Part shown: positions 12,965-25,307 of the stretch, piece by piece
Position numbering within the stretch: position 1 is the first letter of the stretch
How the letters are laid out: every line of letters starts with the position of its first letter
Source of the DNA: Eledone cirrhosa
Taxonomy: Eukaryota
Assembly: GCA_964016885.1 (NCBI GenBank)
Contig: CAXHJY010000517.1
Coordinates: 1 to 64,000, forward strand
DNA length: 64,000 nt
Direction: 5' to 3'
The notes under the pieces: model-generated
What the model was told of the DNA's origin: nothing
Databases searched by the model: none
Seen by the model: the letters and a program-made list of their open reading frames with translations, nothing else
Program-made: the position numbers and the translations under genes

Positions 12965-13825
12965 GTTGAGGAAAAGGAGGCGTAGAGGAAAGGAGTACAA
13001 ACTCTTCGTACCCCTGGATATGAGGGTTGCAGATTTTTTCGGGGGTATGTGTTACCCATATGAACTGTCTCCCCTTATTGGGGAAAATCGACTAACTTTT
13101 TTAATTACATTTGTGATAACATTTTACACGTTTTTATTGTATGTAAACTTCCCCCTTTGTATTTGTCCCCTTCTTTTGTGCCCCTGTGGCTAATAAAGAA
13201 ATCTATCTATATATTTTTGTATCGCTATTGTAATTTGTGTTTTGTTGGTGTTATTGTTGTTCTAAAGATAGATACATTGGGGAACAGATAACTACACATT
13301 GATAATCAGAAATACAGAGAGACAAGAAGACAACAGCAACAGCAAAACCAATAACCCCCAATGACCAGTCTCCACTTCATGAACCAACCGCCACACGAGG
13401 AACCAGCCTCCTTTCTCTACTCACTCCTCAAATGATCCTAGGTATCAGCCTCAAGTCTACTAACCAGCTTCATTATTCTTATCACGCCCCAAATGATCCC
13501 CAGTAGTACCAGATCCCATTGAATGAACCAGCTTCCACTCCATGAATCTACTTCTTGTCACTCATCTAATGATTCTTAGCACCAGCCTCCACTCAATAAA
13601 GTCCCCACAACAACGACGACCACCACCATCACTCGAAAGTACAGAAAGTCACCTATATTCCTTGAACCAATTTCGATTCCTTGATCTAACCTCCACTCGA
13701 TAAAGCTCCCTTCCCCCTCCACTCAATAAATCTTCCCATGTTCCGTAAACCAACCTTCACTCCTTAAAGTAACCTCTACTCAAGGAACCCGCGTCCAGTC
13801 TATGAATCAGCTCCTATTCCGTCAT

Positions 13826-15279
13826 GAACCAGGGCTACACAACTGTAATAACTCTGCCACATGGTCAACCAGGGCTACACAACGGCAATAACTCTGCTAC
13901 ATGTTGAACCAGGGCTACACAACTGTAATAACTCTGCCACATGGTCAACCAGGGCTACACAACTGTAATAACTCTGCCACATGGTCAACCAGGGCTACAC
14001 AACTGTAATAACTCTGCCACATGGTCAACCAGGGCTACACAACTGCAATAACTCTGCCACATTGTCAACCAGGGCTACACAACGGCAATAACTCTGCTAC
14101 ATGTTGAACCAGGGCTACACAACTGTAATAACTCTGCCACATGGTCAACCAGGGCTACACAACTGTAATAACTCTGCCACATGGTCAACCAGGGCTACAC
14201 AACTGCAATAACTCTGCCACATGGTCAACCAGGGCTACACAACTGTAATAACTCTGCCACATGGTCAACCAGGGCTACACAACTGTAATAACTCTGCCAC
14301 ATGGTCAACCAGGGCTACACAACTGCAATAACTCTGCCACATTGTCAACCAGGGCTACACAACTGCAATAACTCTGCCACATGGTCAACCAGGGCTACAC
14401 AACTGCAATAACTCTGCCACATGGTCAACCAGGGCTACACAACTGTAATAACTCTGCCACATGGTCAACCAAGGCTACACAACTGCAATAACTCTGCCAC
14501 ATGGTCAACCAGGGCTACACAACTGCAATAACTCTGCCACATTGTCAACCAGGGCTACACAACGGCAATAACTCTGCTACATGTTGAACCAGGGCTACAC
14601 AACTGTAATAACTCTGCCACATGGTCAACCAGGGCTACACAACTGTAATAACTCTGCCACATGGTCAACCAGGGCTACACAACTGCAATAACTCTGCCAC
14701 ATGGTCAACCAGGGCTACACAACTGTAATAACTCTGCCACATGGTCAACCAGGGCTACACAACTGTAATAACTCTGCCACATTGTCAACCAGGGCTACAC
14801 AACTGTAATAACTCTGCCACATGGTCAACCAGGGCTACACAACTGCAATAACTCTGCCACATGGTCAACCAGGGCTACACAACTGTAATAACTCTGCCAC
14901 ATGGTCAACCAAGGCTACACAACTGTAATAACTCTGCCACATGGTCAACCAGGGCTACACAACTGCAATAACTCTGCCACATGGTCAACCAGGGCTACAC
15001 AACTGTAATAACTCTGCCACATGGTCAACCAGGGCTACACAACTGTAATAACTCTGCCACATGGTCAACCAGGGCTACACAACTGCAATAACTCTGCCAC
15101 ATTGTCAACCAGGGCTACACAACTGTAATAACTCTGCCACATGGTCAACCAGGGCTACACAACTGCAATAACTCTGCCACATGGTCAACCAGGGCTACAC
15201 AACTGTAATAACTCTGCCACATGGTCAACCAAGGCTACACAACTGTAATAACTCTGTCACATTGTCAACTAGGCCACAC
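13826..15279. repeat. 40-bp minisatellite (~36 units; AACCAGGGCTACACAACTGTAATAACTCTGCCACATGGTC)
   Basis: Exact 40-nt period with few variants and no spacers. About 1.5 more diverged units lie at 15534-15590. Confidence 0.95.
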
Positions 15280-15533
15280 CAGGGGCGGTGAAAGCATTTT
15301 TGAATTGGAGGGGGGGGGGGGCAGATTTGGACAATTTAGTTGTAGTGATTAGTTTAGCTGTTATTATCAAATATCAACCAAGATATAAAATAACTTCGAT
15401 GTGTGATAAACATAACATGTACATAAATTGTAGCGTATATACAAATAGATGTGTGATTTGGTAGTTTGGGGAGAAAAATATAATTATTGGTGGGACCATG
15501 GCACCCCTGGTTTTCCCAGTTCCACCGGCCCTG
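15280..15533. mobile_element. hAT-like MITE
   Basis: Imperfect TIRs CAGGGGCGGTGAAA / TTCCACCGGCCCTG with G/C-rich subterminal runs. It interrupts the minisatellite. No clear TSD. Confidence 0.6.
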
Positions 15534-15827
15534 CACATGTTGAACCGGGGCTACACGGCTGCAATAAGACTGCCACATGTTGAACCGGGGTTGAATCTGG
15601 TCTATACAACTGATAGCTCATCCTATCATTCCTCCACTGATGTTCAGTTCACGTCTACATTCATTCAGCCATTCATATTCTTATATAGAATTCATTCATA
15701 ACAATGATATCTGATGCTGTAATGTTTTAATGTCGGCTCAATTTACTGCCAGAGAGAAACTGGGTTATTTCACTCCTCTCATATCATATCTCCCTTACCT
15801 TCTATAATATAAATAATATACACAGAT

Positions 15828-15869
<42 letters not shown>

Positions 15870-15975
15870 GCTGGGCGGTTAGGCATGTTAGTCTGTTTAC
15901 GTGCAATTACACACAGACACGGAAATATGAACATATACACGATATACAAATGTAATTATATATATTTGATATATA

Positions 15976-16110
<135 letters not shown>

Positions 16111-16180
16111 CGTGTGTGTGTATACACACACACATACATACGTATATACCTACACATTTGTGTTTAGGTATATATATATA

Positions 16181-16375
16181 TAACGAAGGAAATGTGGTAA
16201 GGAACCAGGTGGACCATAACGCACCAAAGTACTCAATACTTAGGGTAGTAGAGTGGGTAATAGGAACAAGTAAGACCCCGGCGGCTGAGCTCAAGCCGTT
16301 TCGACGGCTAATTCTGTACTGAATTAGCCGTCGAAACGGCTTGAGCTCAGCCGTCGGGGTCTTACTTGTTCCTAT
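16181..16375. mobile_element. ~190-bp (TA)n-flanked element ending in a hairpin with 55-bp arms (copies at 40434-40604 and 61937-62104)
   Basis: Shared GTGGTA(A/G)GGAACCAG..GGACCATAACGCACCAAAGTACTCAATACTT. Arms at 16260-16314 and 16321-16375. Confidence 0.8.
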
Positions 16376-16759
16376 ATATATATATATGTGTGTACGTTTT
16401 TTACTCTACCTTTATCTTTCTCTCTTCGCCCCTTCCGCCACCTCTCCCCCCTCCTCTCTCTCTCTTTCTACCCCCCCCCCCCCCCCTCCCCCCTCTCTTA
16501 TCTCCACCATAGACTGACAATATATGTTTAACTAGTAAACATAGACAGCCACACTCTTCCCAGTCCCCTATCATTTTGGGGAGGGTTTTATGTCGCTTTT
16601 CTTCTTTTTTTTTTCTTTAACAGGATGGTAGGGGAGGGGTGAGGTATGGGAAGTGTATGTATGATGTGTGGCAGGGGAGTGTTTAGGGGGGTCGGGGAGT
16701 ATTGATATAACAGTGCAGAGTGGATGGCAAAAGCCTCAAGTGCTGAGTGTATATGGAAA

Positions 16760-17621
16760 TATATGTGAGTGTGTCTGTGTGTGATGTAATGTGATGTAGT
16801 GTACGTATGTGCGTGTATGTGTGATGTAATGTCGCCGTGTGTATGTGTGTGTGTGGTGTGTGTAATATGTGTGTGCATGTATATGTGTCTATATGTGTGT
16901 GATGTGATGTAATGTGCGTGTGTGCGTAAGTGTGTGTGTGTGTGTGGTGTGTAATATGTGTGTGTATATGTGTATATGTGTGACATAATACGTGTGTGTA
17001 TGTGTGTATGTGTGTGACGTAATAGGTATGTGTGTATGTGTGTGTGACATAATACGTGTGTATGTATGTGTGACAGACATAATACGTGTGCGTATGTGTG
17101 TGTGTCTGACATAATACGTGTGTGTGTATGTGTATGTATGTGCATGTGTATGTGTGTATGTGTGTATGTGTATGTGTGTGTATGTATATGTGTGTATGTG
17201 TATGTGTGCGTCTTGTGAATATGTATATGTGTATGTATATGTGAATGTGTGTATGTGTATGTGTGTATGTGTATGTGTGTATGTGTATATGTGTGTGTAT
17301 GCGTATGTGTGTATGTGTGTGTATGTGTGTATGTATGTGTATGTGTGTGTATCTGTATGTGTGTGTGTGTATGTGTGTATGTGTGTGTATGTGTGTATGT
17401 GTGTGTATGTGTATGTGTGTGTATCTGTATGTGTGTGTGTGTATGTGTATGTGTGAGCCTGAGGTGACGGTATGTGGAGGATGTGGAACGGCTCTGGCGG
17501 ATGTAATGTTAGATAAAGTCCCAGATAAAGTCAGACCAACATCTGACAGTAGAGTGGTGAGACACCTACATCACAATAACACATACATAAACCACTACTA
17601 CCACTACCACTACTACTGCTG

Positions 17622-17655
<34 letters not shown>

Positions 17656-17819
17656 AACTGTTACTACTACTACTACTACTACTGCTAGTACTACTACTAC
17701 TACCACTACTACTACTACTAATACTATACTACTGTTACTACTACTGCTACTACTACTGTTACTACTACTACTACTGCTACTACTACTACTATTACTACTA
17801 TTACTACTACTACTACTGT

Positions 17820-17860
<41 letters not shown>

Positions 17861-17996
17861 TTACAACTGTTACTACTACTACTACTACTGCTAGTACTAC
17901 TACTATTACTACTACTACTACTACTGTTACTACTACTACAACAACTATTATTACTACTACTACTATTGCTACTACTACTACTATTACTATTACTAT

Positions 17997-18031
<35 letters not shown>

Positions 18032-19020
18032 ATACTACTACTATTACTATTACTACTACCACTATTGCTGCTACTGCTACTACTATCACCCCACTACTAT
18101 TACCCTATTACCACCACGACTCCACTACTACTACTACCACCATCATCACTATCACCACCAAAACTATCACCACCACCACAATCCCCACCACAATCACCAC
18201 CACAAGTACCACCACAAGTACCACCACAACGACCACCAACACCACAACCACCACCAATACAACTGACCCTACCATCACCACCACCACAATCACCACCACA
18301 ACAACCACCATCACCATCATCACCACCACAATCCCCACCACAACTACCACCATCACCACCACCACAATCCCACCACAACAACCATCATCACCACCACCAC
18401 CACAATCCCCACCACAACTACCACCATCACCACCACCACAATCACCACCACAACAACCACCATCACCACCACCACCACAATCCCCACCATCACCACCACC
18501 ACCACCATAATCCCCACCACATCTACCACCATCACCACCACCACCACCACCACAATCCCCACCACAACTACCACCATTACCACCACCACCACCACCACAA
18601 CCACCACCACCACCACCACAATCCCCACCACAACTACCACCATCACCACCACCACCACCACCACAACCACCACCACCACCACCACAATCCCCACCACTAC
18701 CACCACCACCACCACCACCTCAATCCCCACCACCCCCACCACCACCACAATCCCCACCACAACTACCACCATCACCACCACTACCACCACCGCCACAACT
18801 ACCACCATCACCACAACTACCACCACCACCACCTCAATCCCCCCCCCCCACCACCACCACCACAATCCCCACCACAACTACCACCATCACCACCACCACC
18901 ACCACCGCCACAACTACCACCATCACCACCACTACCACCACCACCACCTCAATCCCCACCACCCCCACCACCACCACAATCCCCACCACAACTACCACCA
19001 TCACCAACACCACCATTCCA
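16760..19020. repeat. Low-complexity block: (TG/TA)n, then (CTA)n, then (CCA)n-derived repeats
   Basis: Direct reading. The poly-L/H/P/V ORFs are artefacts. Confidence 0.9.
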
Positions 19021-19249
19021 TTGACAGAAGTAAACATTAGACAAAGGATGTGGCGGTGAAATAATCTCACTGTGTAAAATACTGTTTCCTTAACAACGTA
19101 ATATTTCTAGAGTTGTTCTTATTGTTTTCTTTCGTTTAGCCTCGTTTTGGGGACACCTAGCGCCATCTTGTTTCTTTCACCCTGTCTTCTCCTGCCTTTT
19201 ATTCAACCCTCTCTTCCGTTGCCACACATTCTAGAATGCATCCCCTCCA

Positions 19250-21300
19250 CTGGCACTACCACAAGCAATACCACCACTACTACTACTACCTCCACCACCA
19301 CTACTAGCACTACAACTACTACCTCAACCACTACTACCTCCACCACCACTAGTAGCACTACCACTACTACCTCCACCACCACTAGTAGCACTACCACTAC
19401 TACCTCCACCACCGCTACTACCTACACCACTACTTCTAGCACTACCACTACCACCACTACCTCCACCACCACTGCTACCTACACCACTACTTCTAGCACT
19501 ACAACTACCACTACTACCTCCACCACCACTACTAGCAGTACCACTACTACCTCCACCACCACTACTACTACTACCTCCACCACCACTACTACTACTACCT
19601 CCACCACCACTGCTACCTACACCACTACTTCTAGCACTACCACTACCACTACTACCTCCACCACCACTGCTACCTACACCACTACTTCTAGCACTACCAC
19701 TACCACCACTACCTCCACCACCACTGCTACCTACACCACTACTTCTAGCACTACCACTACCACTACCACCACTACCACCACTACCACTACTTCTAGCACT
19801 AGCACTACCACTACCACCACTACCTCCACCACCACTGCTACCTACACCACTACTTCTAGCACTACCACTACTACTACTACCTCCACCACCACTGCTACCT
19901 ACACCACTACTTCTAGCACTACCACTACCACTACTACCTCCACCACCACTGCTACCTATACCACTACTTCTAGCACTACCACTACCACTACTACCTCCAC
20001 CACCACTGCTACCTATACCACTACTTCTAGCACTACCACTACCACTACTACCTCCACCACCACTGCTACCTATACCACTACTTCTAGCACTACCACTACC
20101 ACTACTACCTCCACCACCACTGCTACCTACACCACTACTTCTAGCACTACCACTACTACTACTACCTCCACCACCACTGCTACCTACACCACTACTTCTA
20201 GCACTACCACTACCACTACTACCTCCACCACCACTGCTACCTACACCACTACTTCTAGCACTACCACTACTACTACTACCTCCACCACCACTGCTACCTA
20301 CACCACTACTTCTAGCACTACCACTACCACTACTACCTCCACCACCACTGCTACCTACACCACTACTTCTAGCACTACCACTACTACTACTACCTCCACC
20401 ACCACTGCTACCTACACCACTACTTCTAGCACTACCACTACTACTACTACCTCCACCACCACTGCTACCTACACCACTACTTCTAGCACTACCACTACCA
20501 CTACTACCTCCACCACCACTACTACTACTACCTCCACCACCACTGCTACCTACACCACTACTTCTAGCACTACCACTACCACTACTACCTCCACCACCAC
20601 TGCTACCTACACCACTACTTCTAGCACTACCACTACCACTACTACCTCCACCACCACTGCTACCTACACCACTACTTCTAGCACTACCACTACTACTACT
20701 ACCTCCACCACCACTACTAGGACTACCTCCACCACCACTGCTACCTACACCACTACTTCTAGCACTACCACTACTACTACTACCTCCACCACCACTGCTA
20801 CCTACACCACTACTTCTAGCACTACCACTACTACTACTACCTCCACCACCACTGCTACCTACACCACTACTTCTAGCACTACCACTACCACTACTACCTC
20901 CACCACCACTACTACTACTACCTCCACCACCACTGCTACCTACACCACTACTTCTAGCACTACCACTACCACTACTACCTCCACCACCACTGCTACCTAC
21001 ACCACTACTTCTAGCACTACCACTACCACTACTACCTCCACCACCACTGCTACCTACACCACTACTTCTAGCACTACCACTACTACTACTACCTCCACCA
21101 CCACTACTAGGACTACCTCCACCACCACTGCTACCTACACCACTACTTCTAGCACTACCACTACTACTACTACCTCCACCACCACTACTAGGACTACCAC
21201 TACTACAAGCACCACCACAACTTCTAGCACCTCCACCACTACCACTGGCACCATCGACACCATAAGAACCACTACCACCATTGACAAGACCACCATTCAC
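19250..21300. repeat. 57-bp ACN-triplet-derived minisatellite (reads TSTTTATYTTTSSTTTTTT)
   Basis: 19-codon period visible in ORF 19147-21315. Confidence 0.9.
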
Positions 21301-21479
21301 CACCACCACCACTGATACATTCATGACCAGCCACCACCACCACCACCACCACCACAACTATCAGCACCACTGGCACCAACCACTACCAGTGACACCGCCA
21401 CTACTAATAGCATCACCGCCACTGTCATCTCAATGACTACCACCAACGCCACCACTACCACTACCACTAACACCCTAAC

Positions 21480-24160
21480 CACCACTAGCACCACTGCCAT
21501 CACTACCACTGGCACCACTAGCACCCTGACCACTACTACCACCGCTGCCACCACTACCACTGGCACCACTAGCACCCTGACCACCACTAGCACACTAGCA
21601 CCCTGACCACCACTAACACCACTGCCACCACTACCACTGGCACCACTAGCACCCTGACCACCACTACCACTGGCACCACTAGCACCCTGACCACCACTAG
21701 CACACTCACCACCACTAGCACCCTGACCACCACTAGCATACTCACCACCACTAGCACCCTGACCACCACTAGCATACTCACCACCACTAGCACCCTGACC
21801 ACCACTAGCACACTCACCACCACTAGCACCCTGACCACCACTAGCACACTCACCACCACTAGCACCCTGACCACCACTAGCACACTAGCACCCTGACCAC
21901 CACTAGCACCACTGCCACCACTACTACTAGCACCACTAGCACCCTGACCACCACTAGCACACTCACCACCACTAGCACCCTGACCACCACTAGCACACTC
22001 ACCACCACTAGCACCCTGACCACCACTAGCACACTCACCACCACTAGCACCCTGACCACCACTAGCATACTCACCACCACTAGCACCCTGACCACCACTA
22101 GCACACTCACCACCACTAGCACCCTGACCACCACTAGCACACTCACCACCACTAGCACCCTGACCACCACTAGCACACTCACCACCACTAGCACCCTGAC
22201 CACCACTAGCACACTCACCACCACTAGCACCCTGACCACCACTAGCACACTAGCACCCTGACCACCACTAGCACCACTGCCACCACTACTACTAGCACCA
22301 CTAGCACCCTGACCACCACTAGCATACTCACCACCACTAGCACCCTGACCACCACTAGCACACTAGCACCCTGACCACCACTAGCACCACTGCCACCACT
22401 ACTACTAGCACCACTAGCACCCTGACCACCACTAGCATACTCACCACCACTAGCACCCTGACCACCACTAGCACACTAGCACCCTGACCACCACTAGCAC
22501 CACTGCCACCACTACTACTAGCACCACTAGCACCCTGACCACCACTAGCATACTCACCACCACTAGCACCCTGACCACCACTAGCACACTAGCACCCTGA
22601 CCACCACTAGCACCACTGCCACCACTACTACTAGCACCACTAGCACCCTGACCACCACTAGCATACTCACCACCACTAGCACCCTGACCACCACTAGCAC
22701 ACTAGCACCCTGACCACCACTAGCACCACTGCCACCACTACTACTAGCACCACTAGCACCCTGACCACCACTAGCATACTCACCACCACTAGCACCCTGA
22801 CCACCACTAGCACACTAGCACCCTGACCACCACTAGCACCACTGCCACCACTACTACTAGCACCACTAGCACCCTGACCACCACTAGCACACTCACCACC
22901 ACTAGCACCCTGACCACCACTAGCACACTCACCACCACTAGCACCCTGACCACCACTAGCACACTCACCACCACTAGCACCCTGACCACCACTAGCACAC
23001 TCACCACCACTAGCACCCTGACCACCACTAGCACACTAGCACCCTGACCACCACTAGCACCACTGCCACCACTACTACTAGCACCACTAGCACCCTGACC
23101 ACCACTAGCACACTCACCACCACTAGCACCCTGACCACCACTAGCACACTCACCACCACTAGCACCCTGACCACCACTAGCACACTCACCACCACTAGCA
23201 CCCTGACCACCACTAGCATACTCACCACCACTAGCACCCTGACCACCACTAGCACACTCACCACCACTAGCACCCTGACCACCACTAGCACACTCACCAC
23301 CACTAGCACCCTGACCACCACTAGCACACTCACCACCACTAGCACCCTGACCACCACTAGCACACTCACCACCACTAGCACCCTGACCACCACTAGCACA
23401 CTCACCACCACTAGCACCCTGACCACCACTAGCACACTAGCACCCTGACCACCACTAGCACCACTGCCACCACTACTACTAGCACCACTAGCACCCTGAC
23501 CACCACTAGCACACTCACCACCACTACTACTAGCACACTCACCACCACTAGCACCCTGACCACCACTAGCACCACTGCCACCACTAGCACCCTGACCACC
23601 ACTAGCACCCTGACCACCACTAGCACCACTGCCACCACTACTACTAGCACACTCACCACCACTAGCACCCTGACCACCACTAGCACCACTGCCACCACTA
23701 CTACTAGCACACTCACCACCACTAGCACACTCACCACCACTAGCACCACTGCCACCACTACTACTAGCACACTCACCACCACTAGCACCACAGCCACCAC
23801 TACTACTAGCACACTCACCACCACTAGCACCACAGCCACCACTACTACTAGCACACTCACCACCACTAGCACCACAGCCACCACTACTACTAGCACACTC
23901 ACCACCACTAGCACCACAGCCACCACTACTACTAGCACACTCACCACCACTAGCACCACAGCCACCACTACTACTAGCACACTCACCACCACTAGCACCC
24001 TGACCACCACTAGCACCACTGCCACCACTACTACTAGCACACTCACCACCACTAACACCCTCACCACCACTACCACTAACACCACTAGCACTCTGACTAC
24101 CACTAGCACCACTGCCACCACTACTACTATCACACTCACCACCACTAGCACCCTCACCAC
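21480..24160. repeat. 18/36-bp minisatellite (ACCACCACTAGCACCCTG / ACCACCACTAGCACACTC) with higher-order units
   Basis: Alternating 18-mers. Recurrent truncated units break the frame. Confidence 0.9.
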
Positions 24161-24714
24161 TACTGTAACCTCAATGGCTACCACACTGTCATCATAACAC
24201 TACTACCACCACCACCATCACCGCCACCTCTACTATGACCCCTATTACCACACATCCACTATAACGAGAACTTCGTAACCTTTCCTATCAATCTCACAAT
24301 CTACAATCTGTCCTATTATCAAACCTTATTAGAGAAGAGAAATCGTTACAGTAGAGAATTCGATACAGTGGAGAAATCAATACAGTGGTGTGATCTATAC
24401 AGGATCCCATCGATATTCTTCTCCCTATCAGGCTACTTCGGTCGATACAGTAGAAAAAAGCAATCGATACAGCATCCCATAGATATATTCTACTTCCTGT
24501 TAGACTATAGAAATCAATATATTGAGGGATCGATAGTGTTCCATAGATATATTCTACTTCCTCTCAGAATATAAAAATCGATACTGCAGAGAAATCAATA
24601 CAGGGTCCACTAAATATATTCTACTTCTTGTCAAACTAGAAGACAATTCAATACAGTGAGAGATCAATGACATGTTCCATAGATATTCCACTTCCTGTCA
24701 GACTATAAGCCCTA

Positions 24715-25307
24715 TTGACTATAACATGGCGCTGTTCACTATAGCATGGCCTTGTTCACTTTATAACACGGTAATATTTACTATATCATTATTTTTGTTC
24801 CCTATAACACGGCAGTGTTCTCTATAACATGATACTGTTCACTATATCACATGATACTGTTTGTTATATCACACGGTACTGTTTTCTATATTACACGACT
24901 CTCTTCTCTATATCACACGATATTCTTCTCTATATCACACGATAGTCTTCACTATATCACACAGTACTGTTCACTATATCACACGATACTCTTCTCTATA
25001 TCACAAGATAGTCTTCACTATATCACACGGTACAGTTCTCTATAACACGGTACTGTTCTCTATAACACGGTACTATTCACTATATTACATGGTACAGTTC
25101 TCTATAACATGGTACTATTCTCTATAACACGACACTCTTCACTATATCACACGATAGTCTTCACTATATCACACGATAGTCTTCACTATATCACACGATA
25201 GTCTTCACTATATTACACGATAGTCTTCACTATATCACACGATAGTCTTCACTATATCACACGATAGTCTTCACTATATCACACGATAGTCTTCACTATA
25301 TCACACG
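24715..25307. repeat. 22-bp minisatellite (CACTATATCACACGATAGTCTT), resumes at 28452-28580
   Basis: 22-nt period. The array is split by the LINE at 25308-28447. Confidence 0.88.

Larger units (their letters stand above)
7545..13200 (+). mobile_element. Tx1/L1-clade non-LTR retrotransposon, near full length, degenerate (copy 2)
   Basis: Same architecture as copy 1 with multiple stops. About 170 nt are deleted near 12678, removing the C-terminal Cys motif. Ends AATAAAGAA-ATCTATCTAT. Confidence 0.93.

Noticed and set aside
13826-15279. CRISPR-like regular 40-bp repeats
   Set aside because: Units are contiguous with no unique spacers, there are no cas genes, and the context is eukaryotic.
19071-19166. 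AAGATGGCG start and GTGAG donor on the minus strand
   Set aside because: The ATG frame stops after 15 codons and there is no supporting homology.
19324-24184. Gly/Ser-rich and Val-rich minus-strand ORFs
   Set aside because: Antisense readings of ACN-triplet satellites. Frames are broken by truncated units.
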